Below, in pieces: positions 28,801-37,747 of a DNA stretch of 51,087 nucleotides. The translations under genes were made by a program, and so were the position numbers. Position 1 is the first letter of the stretch; each line of letters opens with the position of its first letter. The stretch is from NCBI RefSeq assembly GCF_041567615.1, contig NZ_JBFGBM010000001.1, positions 1-51,087 on the forward strand. Reading direction: 5' to 3'. The stretch is from Muriicola sp. (GTDB taxonomy: Bacteria > Bacteroidota > Bacteroidia > Flavobacteriales > Flavobacteriaceae). The notes under the pieces were generated by a model. That model ran no database searches. It was not told the DNA's origin and worked only from the letters and a program-made list of their open reading frames with translations.

Positions 28801-30081
28801 TCAGGATCTGTTCAGGTAGTCGAGACTCAATTCCGTGAGTGCTTTCACGCCCAGGATGAGCCCGCTGTCATCGATGAAAAAATCAGGAGTGTGATGGGGA
28901 AAAGGCTTCGTATTCCCGGGAGTCATTCCGCCCAGGAAGAAGAAGAATCCCGGGACCTCTCGCTGGAAATATGAAAAATCCTCAGCCCCTGTTATGGCTT
29001 TTTGCTCCTGTACATTGTCTTCCCCGGCGACCCGCTCCAGGGTGGGGAGCATAGCGGATACCAGTTTCGGGTCATTGTAGGTGATATCCGTGGCGTCCCT
29101 GATCTCAATTGTTGCTTCACCCCCGTATGCTTTCGCAATAGTGGGCACCATGTCCATCATCCTTTTGTTCAATTTGTCCTTCATGCCATAGTCCAGGGTG
29201 CGGATAGTCCCTAGCATTTCAGCACTCTCGGGGATAATATTGAAGCGGACACCACTTTTGATCTTGCCAACTGTGATCACCGCAGCCTCATTGGTCAGTT
29301 CAGTTTCCCTGCTGATGATGGTCTGAAGCCCGTCAATGATCTTGGCGCTGATGAGAATGGGATCTACCCCGGCCCAGGGTTGGGAGCCGTGGCTCTGTTT
29401 CCCCTTCACGTGAATGGTAAAACTCTGTGCTGCCGCCATGGCACCCCCTGACTTGTATCGGATCACGCCCACAGGTGTCTGCGAGTTGATGTGGAGACCA
29501 AAAATGGCATCTACGTCCGGGTTTTTTAAAACACCCTCCTTGACCATCAACAAGGCCCCTCCTTCCTCTCCCGGGGGCGGTCCCTCTTCTGCCGGCTGGA
29601 AAATGAATTTTACAGTCCCTTTGATCTTGTCCTTGTTCTTCGCCATAACCTCTGCAACGCCCATGAGGATGGCCGTATGGGTGTCATGACCGCAGGCGTG
29701 CATCACCCCTACGGTTTCCCCCAGAAATTCGGATGTTACCGTCGACTTGAACGGCAGGTCATTTCTCTCGTACACAGGAAGAGCGTCTATATCTGCCCTC
29801 AGCGCTACAGTTTTGCCCGGGGAACTACCCTTGAGCACACCGACAACCCCCGTATGGGCTACCCCTGTCTGTACTTCGATCCCGAGCGACCGAAGATGTG
29901 CAGCGATCTTCTCAGCGGTCTTGAATTCCCGATTGGACAATTCTGGATTTTGGTGGATGTCCCTCCGCCATTCGATCACCTTGGGTTCTATCCTTGCATA
30001 GGCCTCATCCAGGCCGCTTCCCTGGGAAAATGCGCTAAGCGATAAAAGGGCCACACATACCGTACGTAAAATGTTTTTCAT
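28801..30081 (-). CDS. M20D family amidohydrolase/carboxypeptidase with signal peptide
   Basis: RRDIHQNPELS, LRADIDALP, MHACGHD, FQPAEEG, GAEDF and HH motifs. Confidence 0.9.
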   Translation of the reverse strand: MKNILRTVCVALLSLSAFSQGSGLDEAYARIEPKVIEWRRDIHQNPELSNREFKTAEKIAAHLRSLGIEVQTGVAHTGVVGVLKGSSPGKTVALRADIDALPVYERNDLPFKSTVTSEFLGETVGVMHACGHDTHTAILMGVAEVMAKNKDKIKGTVKFIFQPAEEGPPPGEEGGALLMVKEGVLKNPDVDAIFGLHINSQTPVGVIRYKSGGAMAAAQSFTIHVKGKQSHGSQPWAGVDPILISAKIIDGLQTIISRETELTNEAAVITVGKIKSGVRFNIIPESAEMLGTIRTLDYGMKDKLNKRMMDMVPTIAKAYGGEATIEIRDATDITYNDPKLVSAMLPTLERVAGEDNVQEQKAITGAEDFSYFQREVPGFFFFLGGMTPGNTKPFPHHTPDFFIDDSGLILGVKALTELSLDYLNRS

Positions 30082-30090
30082 ATCAAAAGA

Positions 30091-30636
30091 TTAAAATTTA
30101 ATAAGTCTGTAACCGTCATTTTGCAATTGAATGAGGGCGGTCATCGCAGAAAGCCCCAGTTGTACCCCTTCTATGGTCTCCGTTCTGGGAAAGCCTCTGG
30201 ACAGGGAAGACTGACCGCAAAAGATCACCTGAACCCCTGCACGGAGCAGATCGTTCACCATTTTTTCATTGGGGTTCTCTACGCCGAAGCGTTCTCTGTA
30301 AGCTTCTCCCTTGACGATATCCTTGGAGGCCTTGTTGTGAACCACCAGAGCTACTTGGAGATTTTCGACGGGCACCCCGGCCTGCGCATGCATATTGAGA
30401 AAACGTGCAGCGGTCTCTATCCTGGTATTGATCTGATCCGGGGAGTCCGGACTGTCCATGATGTCGAAGACCACTTTGAGCGGCTCGTCCAGCCTGGTCT
30501 GGTAATCCGGATTTTCTATGGGCCACACAGCTCCGTGATCAGGGATCACAGGCCCTGCCTGCTTGGTCTGTGCCTTACAAATTAAGGGAAATGAAACCAA
30601 TAGTATGAAGAGAGTAACAATGGGTCCTGACCTCAT
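30091..30636 (-). CDS. DsrE/DsrF-like exported protein
   Basis: KVVFD, ARFLNMH, ALVVH, GV.VIFCGQS and SAMTAL..LQ..GY motifs; signal peptide. Confidence 0.75.
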   Translation of the reverse strand: MRSGPIVTLFILLVSFPLICKAQTKQAGPVIPDHGAVWPIENPDYQTRLDEPLKVVFDIMDSPDSPDQINTRIETAARFLNMHAQAGVPVENLQVALVVHNKASKDIVKGEAYRERFGVENPNEKMVNDLLRAGVQVIFCGQSSLSRGFPRTETIEGVQLGLSAMTALIQLQNDGYRLIKF

Positions 30637-30765
30637 ATTTTTAAATGACTGCTAAAGATATTTAAATTGTATAAAAAGCGATCCACGGAACACAATAAAA
30701 ATACATTGGAGGTTTCAGCAAACGGTCAAATATGGCTAACTTCACGGTCTGAAAATGTCATTTTT

Positions 30766-33090
30766 TTGAATTCCTATCTCGACCATCTCAATGAGGCCCA
30801 AAAAGCACCTGTCCTGCACAAGGACGGGCCGCTCATGGTCATTGCCGGGGCAGGTTCCGGTAAGACACGTGTGCTGACCTATCGGATCGCCCACCTGATG
30901 CAGCAGGATGTGGATGCGTTCAATATCCTCGCCCTGACCTTTACCAATAAGGCAGCCCGTGAGATGAAAAAGCGTATTGCCGATCTTGTCGGGACCTCAG
31001 AGACCAAGAATCTCTGGATGGGGACTTTCCACTCCGTTTTCGCCCGCCTTTTGAGGTACGACGGGGATAAACTGGGTTACCCGAGCAACTTTACCATTTA
31101 CGACACACAGGATTCCCAGCGACTTATCGCCTCTATCATAAAGGAGATGGGGCTAGACAAGGACATTTACAAATACAAACAGATACAGAATCGCATTTCC
31201 TCATATAAGAACAGTCTGATCACGGTAAAGGCCTACTTTCAGAACCCGGAACTGATGGAAGCAGATGCGATGGCCAAAAGGCCCAGGCTGGGAGATATCT
31301 ATCAGGAGTATGTTGACCGCTGTTTTAAGTCGGGTGCCATGGATTTCGACGACCTTCTACTGAGAACAAATGAGCTGCTGACCCGTTTTCCGGACGTGTT
31401 GCTCAAATACCAGGACCGGTTCCGATATATCCTGGTGGATGAGTACCAGGACACCAACCATTCCCAGTACCTGATCGTCAAAGCCCTCTCAGACCGGTAT
31501 CAGAATATCTGTGTGGTGGGGGATGACGCCCAAAGTATCTATTCTTTCCGAGGGGCGAATATTTCGAATATCCTCAATTTTCAAAGGGATTACGACGATG
31601 TGGCAGTTTACAGGCTCGAGCAGAATTACCGCTCGACCAAGAATATCGTGAATGCGGCCAATGCGATCATCGCCAAGAATAAGAATCAGCTGGAGAAAGT
31701 GGTCTGGACCGCCAATGACGAGGGAAATAAGATCAAACTTCACAGGTCCCCCACGGATGCAGAAGAAGGCAGGTTTGTAGCCGGGTCCATCTTCGAGAAT
31801 AAAATGCAGCACCAGCTTCCAAACAACCATTTTGCGGTACTCTATCGAACCAATTCCCAGTCGAGGTCCATTGAGGATGCCCTGAGGAAAAGGGATATTC
31901 CGTACAGGATCTACGGCGGACTCTCATTCTATCAGCGTAAGGAGATCAAGGACGTCCTTTCCTACCTGAGGCTGGTCATCAACCCAAAGGATGAGGAGGC
32001 GTTGAAACGGGTTATCAATTTCCCGGCAAGGGGTATAGGTCAGACGACCATAGACCGCCTTACCGTGGCGGCGAACCACTACGGGAAATCCATCTTCGAG
32101 ATCATAGAAAACCTCGATAAGTTAGACCTGAAGATCAATTCGGGAACCCAGCGGAAACTGGAGGACTTCGTGAACATGATCAAGAGTTTCCAGATCATGA
32201 ATGAAAATGCAGACGCCTTTACCCTGGCCGAACACGTGGCCAGGAAATCGGGGATCCTGCTGGAATTCAAAAAAGACGGGACCCCGGAAGGGATCGCGAG
32301 GATGGAAAACATCGAAGAATTGCTCAACGGGATCAAAGACTTCGTAGAGGGGCAGAAAGAACTGGCTGACGCTAAAGGCGACCTTACCGAATTCCTGGAA
32401 GATGTAGCTCTGGCCACTGATATGGATAAGGATACCTCCGATGACGATCGGGTAGCCCTTATGACCATCCACCTGGCAAAGGGACTGGAATTTCCCTACG
32501 TTTATATCGTAGGTATGGAGGAGGACCTCTTCCCCTCAGCCATGAGTATGAATACGCGGAGTGAACTGGAGGAGGAGAGAAGGTTGTTTTACGTAGCCCT
32601 GACGAGGGCCGAAAAACAGGCCTACCTCACCTAGACCCAAAATAGGTATCGCTGGGGTAAGTTGATCGATGCAGAACCCAGCCGATTCCTGGAAGAGATC
32701 GATGAGAAGTACATTGACAATCTAACTCCCGTTGATAATTACAGGTTCAAACCCCTGATCAGCTCGGATATTTTTGGGGAAGTCGATAAAAGCAGGCTCA
32801 GGCAGCAAAAGCCCACCAATGGAACCCCTCCGTCCCCCGGAAGACCCAGCGCGGACCAGTTGAGGAAGCTCAGAAAGATAAGGCCCAATTTGGGTGAGCC
32901 TTCAGTCCGGACCCAGGAAGATATTCCGGAACTCTCTGTCGGGACAAAGGTAAATCATACGCGCTTCGGCAAGGGCGAAGTGATCAAGCTCGAGGGGGCG
33001 GGTAATGACAAAAAAGCAGAGATCCGATTTGAGAGGGGGGATGTAAAAAAACTGCTGCTCCGATTTGCCAAACTTGAAGTTTTAAACTGA
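30766..33090 (+). pseudogene. uvrD: UvrD/PcrA superfamily-1 DNA helicase interrupted by one in-frame TAG (32632-32634)
   Basis: Motifs AGAGSGKT, TFTNKAA, DEYQD, VGDDAQSIY, QNYRST, TIHLAKGLEF and EEERRLFYVALTRA. The same frame continues past the TAG (YLT*TQNRYRWGKLIDAEPSRF) to the Tudor-like C-terminus (V.H.RFG.G.V). Probable TTG start at 30766. Confidence 0.88.
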
Positions 33091-33095
33091 CGGGT

Positions 33096-33719
33096 ATGCA
33101 GGCAGAATTCATCCGGATATATAATGAGAACCCCAATCCCAGGGAGATCCAAAGGGTAGTGGAGGTGTTGCGCAAAGGCGGTCTCGTCATTTACCCCACG
33201 GATACGGTCTACGGCCTGGGGTGTGATATCACCAAAACCAAAGCCCTGGAGAGGATCGCCCGTATCAAGGGAGTAAAACTCGATAAAGCGAACTGGTCCT
33301 TCATCTGCGCAGACCTGAGCAACCTCTCGGATTACGTCAGGCAGATAGATACGCCAACTTTCAAGATCCTGAAGCGGGCGTTGCCAGGACCTTATACCTT
33401 TATCCTCCCCGGAAACAACAACCTGCCCAGGGCGTTCAAAAACAAGAAGACCGTTGGGATCAGGGTGCCGGATAACGCTATTACCAAGGCGCTGGTGGAA
33501 GGGCTCGGGCATCCTATCATCTCTACTTCCATTAGGGACGAGGACGATGTGATCGAGTATACCACGGATCCGGAGTTGATCCTGGAAAAATGGCAAAACC
33601 TGGTCGACATCGTCATCGATGGAGGCTATGGGGGGAATGTGCCTTCCACCGTGATCGACCTGTCCGGATTTGAGCCAGAGGTAGTTCGGGAAGGGAAAGG
33701 GTCCCTTGATATTCTGTAA
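33096..33719 (+). CDS. Sua5/YciO/YrdC family protein (YciO-like)
   Basis: IYPTDTVYGLGC, LPGPYTFIL, VGIRVPD and PSTVIDL motifs. The KxR and SxN motifs of typical TsaC are not obvious. Confidence 0.85.
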   Translation: MQAEFIRIYNENPNPREIQRVVEVLRKGGLVIYPTDTVYGLGCDITKTKALERIARIKGVKLDKANWSFICADLSNLSDYVRQIDTPTFKILKRALPGPYTFILPGNNNLPRAFKNKKTVGIRVPDNAITKALVEGLGHPIISTSIRDEDDVIEYTTDPELILEKWQNLVDIVIDGGYGGNVPSTVIDLSGFEPEVVREGKGSLDIL

Positions 33720-33750
33720 AAAAAAACCGCGATACTCAGTATCGCGGTTT
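33718..33750 (-). terminator. Rho-independent terminator between convergent genes (possibly bidirectional)
   Basis: Perfect inverted repeat AAACCGCGATACT-C-AGTATCGCGGTTT (33724-33750). The A9 run at 33718-33726 gives a U-tract on the minus strand. Confidence 0.85.
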
Positions 33751-33773
33751 GAATTATTGCTTTTCTAGAAATC

Positions 33774-34634
33774 TTACTTGATCGCTGGGTCTTTCATCCC
33801 TTCCTCGATCATGCTGTAGAACTGATCCAGTTTTGGCAGCACTACGATGCGAGTCCTTCGGTTCTTGGCACGGTTGGCAGCTGTATCGTTGCTCATAAGA
33901 GGTACGTAGTAGCTGCGTCCGGCTGCGGTCATACGGGCAGGATCCACTTTGAAATCATTCTGAAGAATCCTGACGATTGAGGTAGCCCTTTTCACGCTGA
34001 GATCCCAGTTATCCAGGAGTACTCCGCTCTGATAAGGTACGTTGTCTGTATGTCCTTCGACCATGAATTCAAAGTCGGGTTTGTTGTTGACGACCTTGGC
34101 CACTTTTCCGAGAACCTCTTTGGCAGCCGCGGTTACATTATAGCTTCCTGAGCTAAAGAGTAATTTATCGGAAATGGAAACGAATACCACTCCTTTCTCC
34201 ACGCTGATCTGGATATCTTCGTCATCCAGGTTACCCAAAACACCTTTCAGGCTTTGAACCAGGGCGAGGTTTACTGAGTCTCTCCTTGTGATGGCATCCT
34301 GCAATTTGCGGATGGTCAGATCCTTTTCCTGCAGGCTCTCGAGGGATTTTTCCAGGTTTTCAGCTCCTTTGGTGGTCAGGGTCGTCAGGTTCCCCATGTT
34401 GTTGATCAGCTCCTGGTTGTTGGCTTTCAGGAAGGCATTCTGATCTTCCAGGGTTTTCAGTCGGGCAGTAGCTGAGGCTTTGTCCTCCAGACAACTGTTC
34501 AGTTTTACCGTGGCCGAATTCAGCAGATCCTGGGTCTCTTTTTGTTTGGCTTCCAATTCGGCATACTTCTTCTGGGAAACACAGGATGAGAGTAAGATCA
34601 TCATTCCCAGGCTTCCTAATAATATTCTTTTCAT
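33774..34634 (-). CDS. OmpA/MotB-family peptidoglycan-binding lipoprotein with coiled coil
   Basis: Lipobox LSSC; LLFSSGS, VEGHTD, NWDLSVKRA and KNRRTRI motifs. Confidence 0.88.
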   Translation of the reverse strand: MKRILLGSLGMMILLSSCVSQKKYAELEAKQKETQDLLNSATVKLNSCLEDKASATARLKTLEDQNAFLKANNQELINNMGNLTTLTTKGAENLEKSLESLQEKDLTIRKLQDAITRRDSVNLALVQSLKGVLGNLDDEDIQISVEKGVVFVSISDKLLFSSGSYNVTAAAKEVLGKVAKVVNNKPDFEFMVEGHTDNVPYQSGVLLDNWDLSVKRATSIVRILQNDFKVDPARMTAAGRSYYVPLMSNDTAANRAKNRRTRIVVLPKLDQFYSMIEEGMKDPAIK

Positions 34635-34695
34635 TGTAGTACTTGATTTAATTTTTGGATTATTGATTCTGTTAGGTTTTATTGTTATTTGGGAT

Positions 34696-34703
34696 CAAAA
34701 TTA
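34696..34703 (-). promoter_or_regulatory. Bacteroidota -7 element (TAATTTTG) for the MotB/OmpA lipoprotein
   Basis: Plus strand CAAAATTA in AT-rich intergenic DNA, about 60 bp upstream of the ATG. Confidence 0.45.
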
Positions 34704-34736
34704 TAGAAAAGCATATTCCATAATATAAGGTTTTAG

Positions 34737-35741
34737 TTAATCTTTTACTAATTCGTTAAATGACCCTATTTTATATACGTAGTGGGAAAGGACAATGGAT
34801 TTTGTCTTGTAGTATTTTATCACGAAATCTGATTTTTCCCTTTTTCGATACATCTTCCTGAACTGCCTGTAGTAGCTCAGGTGGGCTCTGAGAATGGCAA
34901 TGCAATGACGGCCTTTCCCCTGGAAGATGAAGCGGACCGCCGCGATCCCGTCGAGCAACAGTCTTGACAGGATGATCACCAACGCCTTTTTTCGGGGCAA
35001 ATTCTTGGTGATAGAGAAAAGGGAATTCCTGAAATTGAGGTAGGTTTTCTTGGGGTTCATATTGCTCAGGGTAGAGCCACCCAGGTGAAGGACCTGGGAT
35101 CTACCTACATAAAAGATCTTATACCCTTTGTTTTGGGCCCGCCAGCAGAGATCTACTTCTTCCTGGTGGGCGAAATAGTCCTCATCAAACCCCCCTAGCT
35201 CATCAAAGACCTTTTTCCGGATGAACATGCAGGCACCTGTGGCCCAGAAGATCTCTTTTACATCATCGTACTGTCCGTGATCCTGTTCGAGCGACTGAAA
35301 GATCCTGCCTCTACAAAAGGGATATCCCAGCTGGTCCAGAAATCCACCTGCGGCCCCGGCGTATTCGAAGTGATCGGGTTTAAGTAGGTCGAGTATTTTG
35401 GGTTGTACGATAGCTACGTCGGGGTTTGCCTCAAAGATTTCCATAACCGGGGACAACCAGTTTGGTGTCACTTCCACATCGGAGTTAAGGAGACAGTATA
35501 CGTCTGCATCCACTTCCTTCAGGGCATCGTTGTAACCTTTCGCAAACCCTCCATTGGTGGAGTTCTGAATGATCTTAATCTTCGGATAATTCCTTCACAG
35601 AAAGGCCACTGAGCCGTCGGTTGAAGCGTTGTCTGCCACATAGATATCTGCTTCTCCGGAGTTTTCGATCACGGAGGGCAGGTATCTCTCAAGCAGGGCT
35701 TCTCCGTTCCAGTTGAGTATGACGACCGCAAGGTTCAACAT
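34737..35741 (-). pseudogene. GT2 glycosyltransferase interrupted by one in-frame TGA (35595-35597)
   Basis: ATG at 35741 gives MLNLAVVILNWNG...VADNASTDGSVAFL*RNYPKIKIIQN...GFAKGYN. This is in frame with the ORF-track piece 34737..35513 (LLNSDVEV, WATGAC, GGFDEDYFAHQEEVDLCWR). Confidence 0.88.
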
Positions 35742-35843
35742 GTTGAGATTCCGGGTTTATAAATTGCCGATAAAGCTGAAGCTGGCAAGGCCACAAAGTA
35801 AAGAAATAAATCGCACATGGCCGGGTCAGGTAAAAGAACGGTT

Positions 35844-36299
35844 TTATCCCATTCTCCCGTTATAAGAAGGAAGATCCTCGATGAAAATATAAGAGGAATT
35901 CTCATAGTCGATCCGGCAAAAATAGTGATCCAGCCCATTGGTAACGAGCAGAAACCGTGCCTTTAGGTCGAGATTGTACCTGGCAGCCTGGTCAAATGAA
36001 TCCTCAGTGATCTTTATTTTGGGTGCCTTGCATTCCACCAGGATCTCTATGTCTCCTTTTGGAGAGAACACGACGACGTCGAAGCGCTTTGAGAGGGTGT
36101 GAACCTTGATCTGCTTCTCTACGTTGATCAGACTCAGAGGGTAGTTCTTATCTTCATGAAGGTATCGGACAACATGCTGCCTTACCCATTCCTCAGGTTG
36201 CAGGACCACAAATTTTTTGCGAACCACATCAAAGATCAGGGGGTTATTTTCGCTATTTTTGAAACGAAAACGGTATCCCGGAAAATTGAGATTTTCCAT
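35844..36299 (-). CDS. Stand-alone type I restriction enzyme HsdR N-terminal-like (PD-(D/E)xK) domain protein
   Basis: IFDVVRKK...PEEWVRQ, RFDVVVF, LVECKAP, QAARYN and VTNG motifs; no helicase domain. Confidence 0.82.
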   Translation of the reverse strand: MENLNFPGYRFRFKNSENNPLIFDVVRKKFVVLQPEEWVRQHVVRYLHEDKNYPLSLINVEKQIKVHTLSKRFDVVVFSPKGDIEILVECKAPKIKITEDSFDQAARYNLDLKARFLLVTNGLDHYFCRIDYENSSYIFIEDLPSYNGRMG

Positions 36300-36325
36300 C
36301 TCACAAAATTGTCGATTTTTTTTCG

Positions 36326-37330
36326 ATGGAAGAAGTAAAACGGCTTATTGATGACATCCGCAACGGGAAAATACTGCCCGTGTATTTCCTGATGGGGGAT
36401 GAAGGGTACTACATAGACCGTATAGCTGAATTTATAGGCACAAACGTTCTTACCGAGGAGGAAAAGGGATTTAATCAGATGGTTCTTTACGGGAAGGATG
36501 TCAGTGTAGACGATATCGTTTCCAATGCCAAGCGTTTTCCTATGATGGCAGAACGTCAGGTGATCATCGTCAAGGAAGCTCAGCACCTGTCAAGGACCAT
36601 AGAACAACTGGCACCTTATGTGGAAAACCCTCAGCCATCAACGGTCCTGGTGATCTGCTACAAATACAAGAAACTGGATAAACGCAAAAAACTCCACAAA
36701 GTATTAAAAGCGCCCAACGGCTTGGTTTTCGAAAGTAAAAAACTGTATGAGAACCAGGTCTCGGAATGGATACGAAAGGTGCTGAAATCTAAGGGATATC
36801 CTATCTCCCATAAGGCTTCTATTTTATTGGTGGAATTCCTGGGTACCGATCTCAGCCGCATTCATAATGAGCTGGAAAAGCTGTCCGTAGTCCTGCCGAA
36901 AGGAACGGAAATCACCCCGGAAGTCATAGAAAAGCATATCGGCATCAGCAAGGATTACAATAATTTTGAACTCAAAAAGGCCATAGGGGAGAAAGACATC
37001 GTGAAGGCCACACGCATAGCCACTTATTTCTCCCAGAATCCCAGGGACAATCCCTTTGTGGTGACCGTTTCCCTCCTGCACACCTTTTTCACCCAATTGC
37101 TACAATATCACGGGCTCAATGACCATTCGCCCCGGAACGTGGCCAGTGCACTGAGGATCAATCCGTATTTCGTCGATGAATTCCAGGTTGCAGCCAGGAA
37201 TTATTCCATGAAAAAATCAAGCAAGGTAGTCGCTTACCTGCGGGAACTGGATATGAAAGGAAAAGGGGTGGGCGCCTATAACATGAGCCAGGGAGACCTG
37301 CTAAAGGAGCTCCTGGTCAAGATCATGTAG
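36326..37330 (+). CDS. holA: DNA polymerase III delta subunit
   Basis: PVYFLMGDEGYYID, FNQMVLYG, RFPMMAERQVIIVKEAQ, NELEKL and GISKDYNNFEL motifs. Confidence 0.93.
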   Translation: MEEVKRLIDDIRNGKILPVYFLMGDEGYYIDRIAEFIGTNVLTEEEKGFNQMVLYGKDVSVDDIVSNAKRFPMMAERQVIIVKEAQHLSRTIEQLAPYVENPQPSTVLVICYKYKKLDKRKKLHKVLKAPNGLVFESKKLYENQVSEWIRKVLKSKGYPISHKASILLVEFLGTDLSRIHNELEKLSVVLPKGTEITPEVIEKHIGISKDYNNFELKKAIGEKDIVKATRIATYFSQNPRDNPFVVTVSLLHTFFTQLLQYHGLNDHSPRNVASALRINPYFVDEFQVAARNYSMKKSSKVVAYLRELDMKGKGVGAYNMSQGDLLKELLVKIM

Positions 37331-37332
37331 CG

Positions 37333-37710
37333 CTATTTTTTGTCCACACTGTATTTTCCGGGTCCCAATAGCATGATCACCAGGAACACGGAAAGGAAAA
37401 GCAATGCTTTTTCCTTAGTTCCGAACGGATCATCGGCATGAACGATAAATGCGGCCACTGCCATCGTTACAGCTGTAGGGATGGCAGCCCAGCGGGTCTT
37501 AAAGCCGATTAGTATCAGGATGGGACAAATGAATTCGGCAATTATCGCCAGGAAGAGGGTGGGTGTGGGACCGAATCCTATGGGATCACCGAACTCAAAA
37601 TCTCCTGAGATGAGTTTCTGGAATTTGGGATAACCATGGGTGAGCATCATCGCAGAAGCAGAGATCCTGAGCAGGGCCAACCCTATGTTCACTTGCAGAC
37701 TGTTTTTCAT
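37333..37710 (-). CDS. DoxX family membrane protein
   Basis: LLRI...MLTHG.PK, AEF..PILILIGFKTR and GPGKYSVD motifs. ATG at 37710 preferred. Confidence 0.88.
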   Translation of the reverse strand: MKNSLQVNIGLALLRISASAMMLTHGYPKFQKLISGDFEFGDPIGFGPTPTLFLAIIAEFICPILILIGFKTRWAAIPTAVTMAVAAFIVHADDPFGTKEKALLFLSVFLVIMLLGPGKYSVDKK

Positions 37711-37747
37711 GATATTTGGGGATATGTTAAATAAATGTAAAGTTTTT

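Noticed and set aside
32662-33090. Independent 142-aa gene
   Set aside because: It is the in-frame C-terminal part of uvrD/pcrA.
34713-34726. 14-mer ATATTCCATAATAT shared with the LexA operator region (49983-49996)
   Set aside because: It contains only a TCC half-site (AAG-N5-TCC) and is AT-rich, so chance is likely.
35540-35597. Selenocysteine reading of the GT2 TGA (small CTCCA-CCAA-TGGAG hairpin downstream)
   Set aside because: The position is not a Cys/redox site, the stem is only 5 bp with no G in the loop, and there are no sel genes in the window.
32632-35597. Alternative genetic code or pyrrolysine explaining the internal stops
   Set aside because: The two stops are different codons, and both TAG and TGA terminate many full-length genes in this window at the expected positions.
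35844-36299. Type I restriction-modification system
   Set aside because: No hsdM, hsdS or helicase domain; core-gene context.
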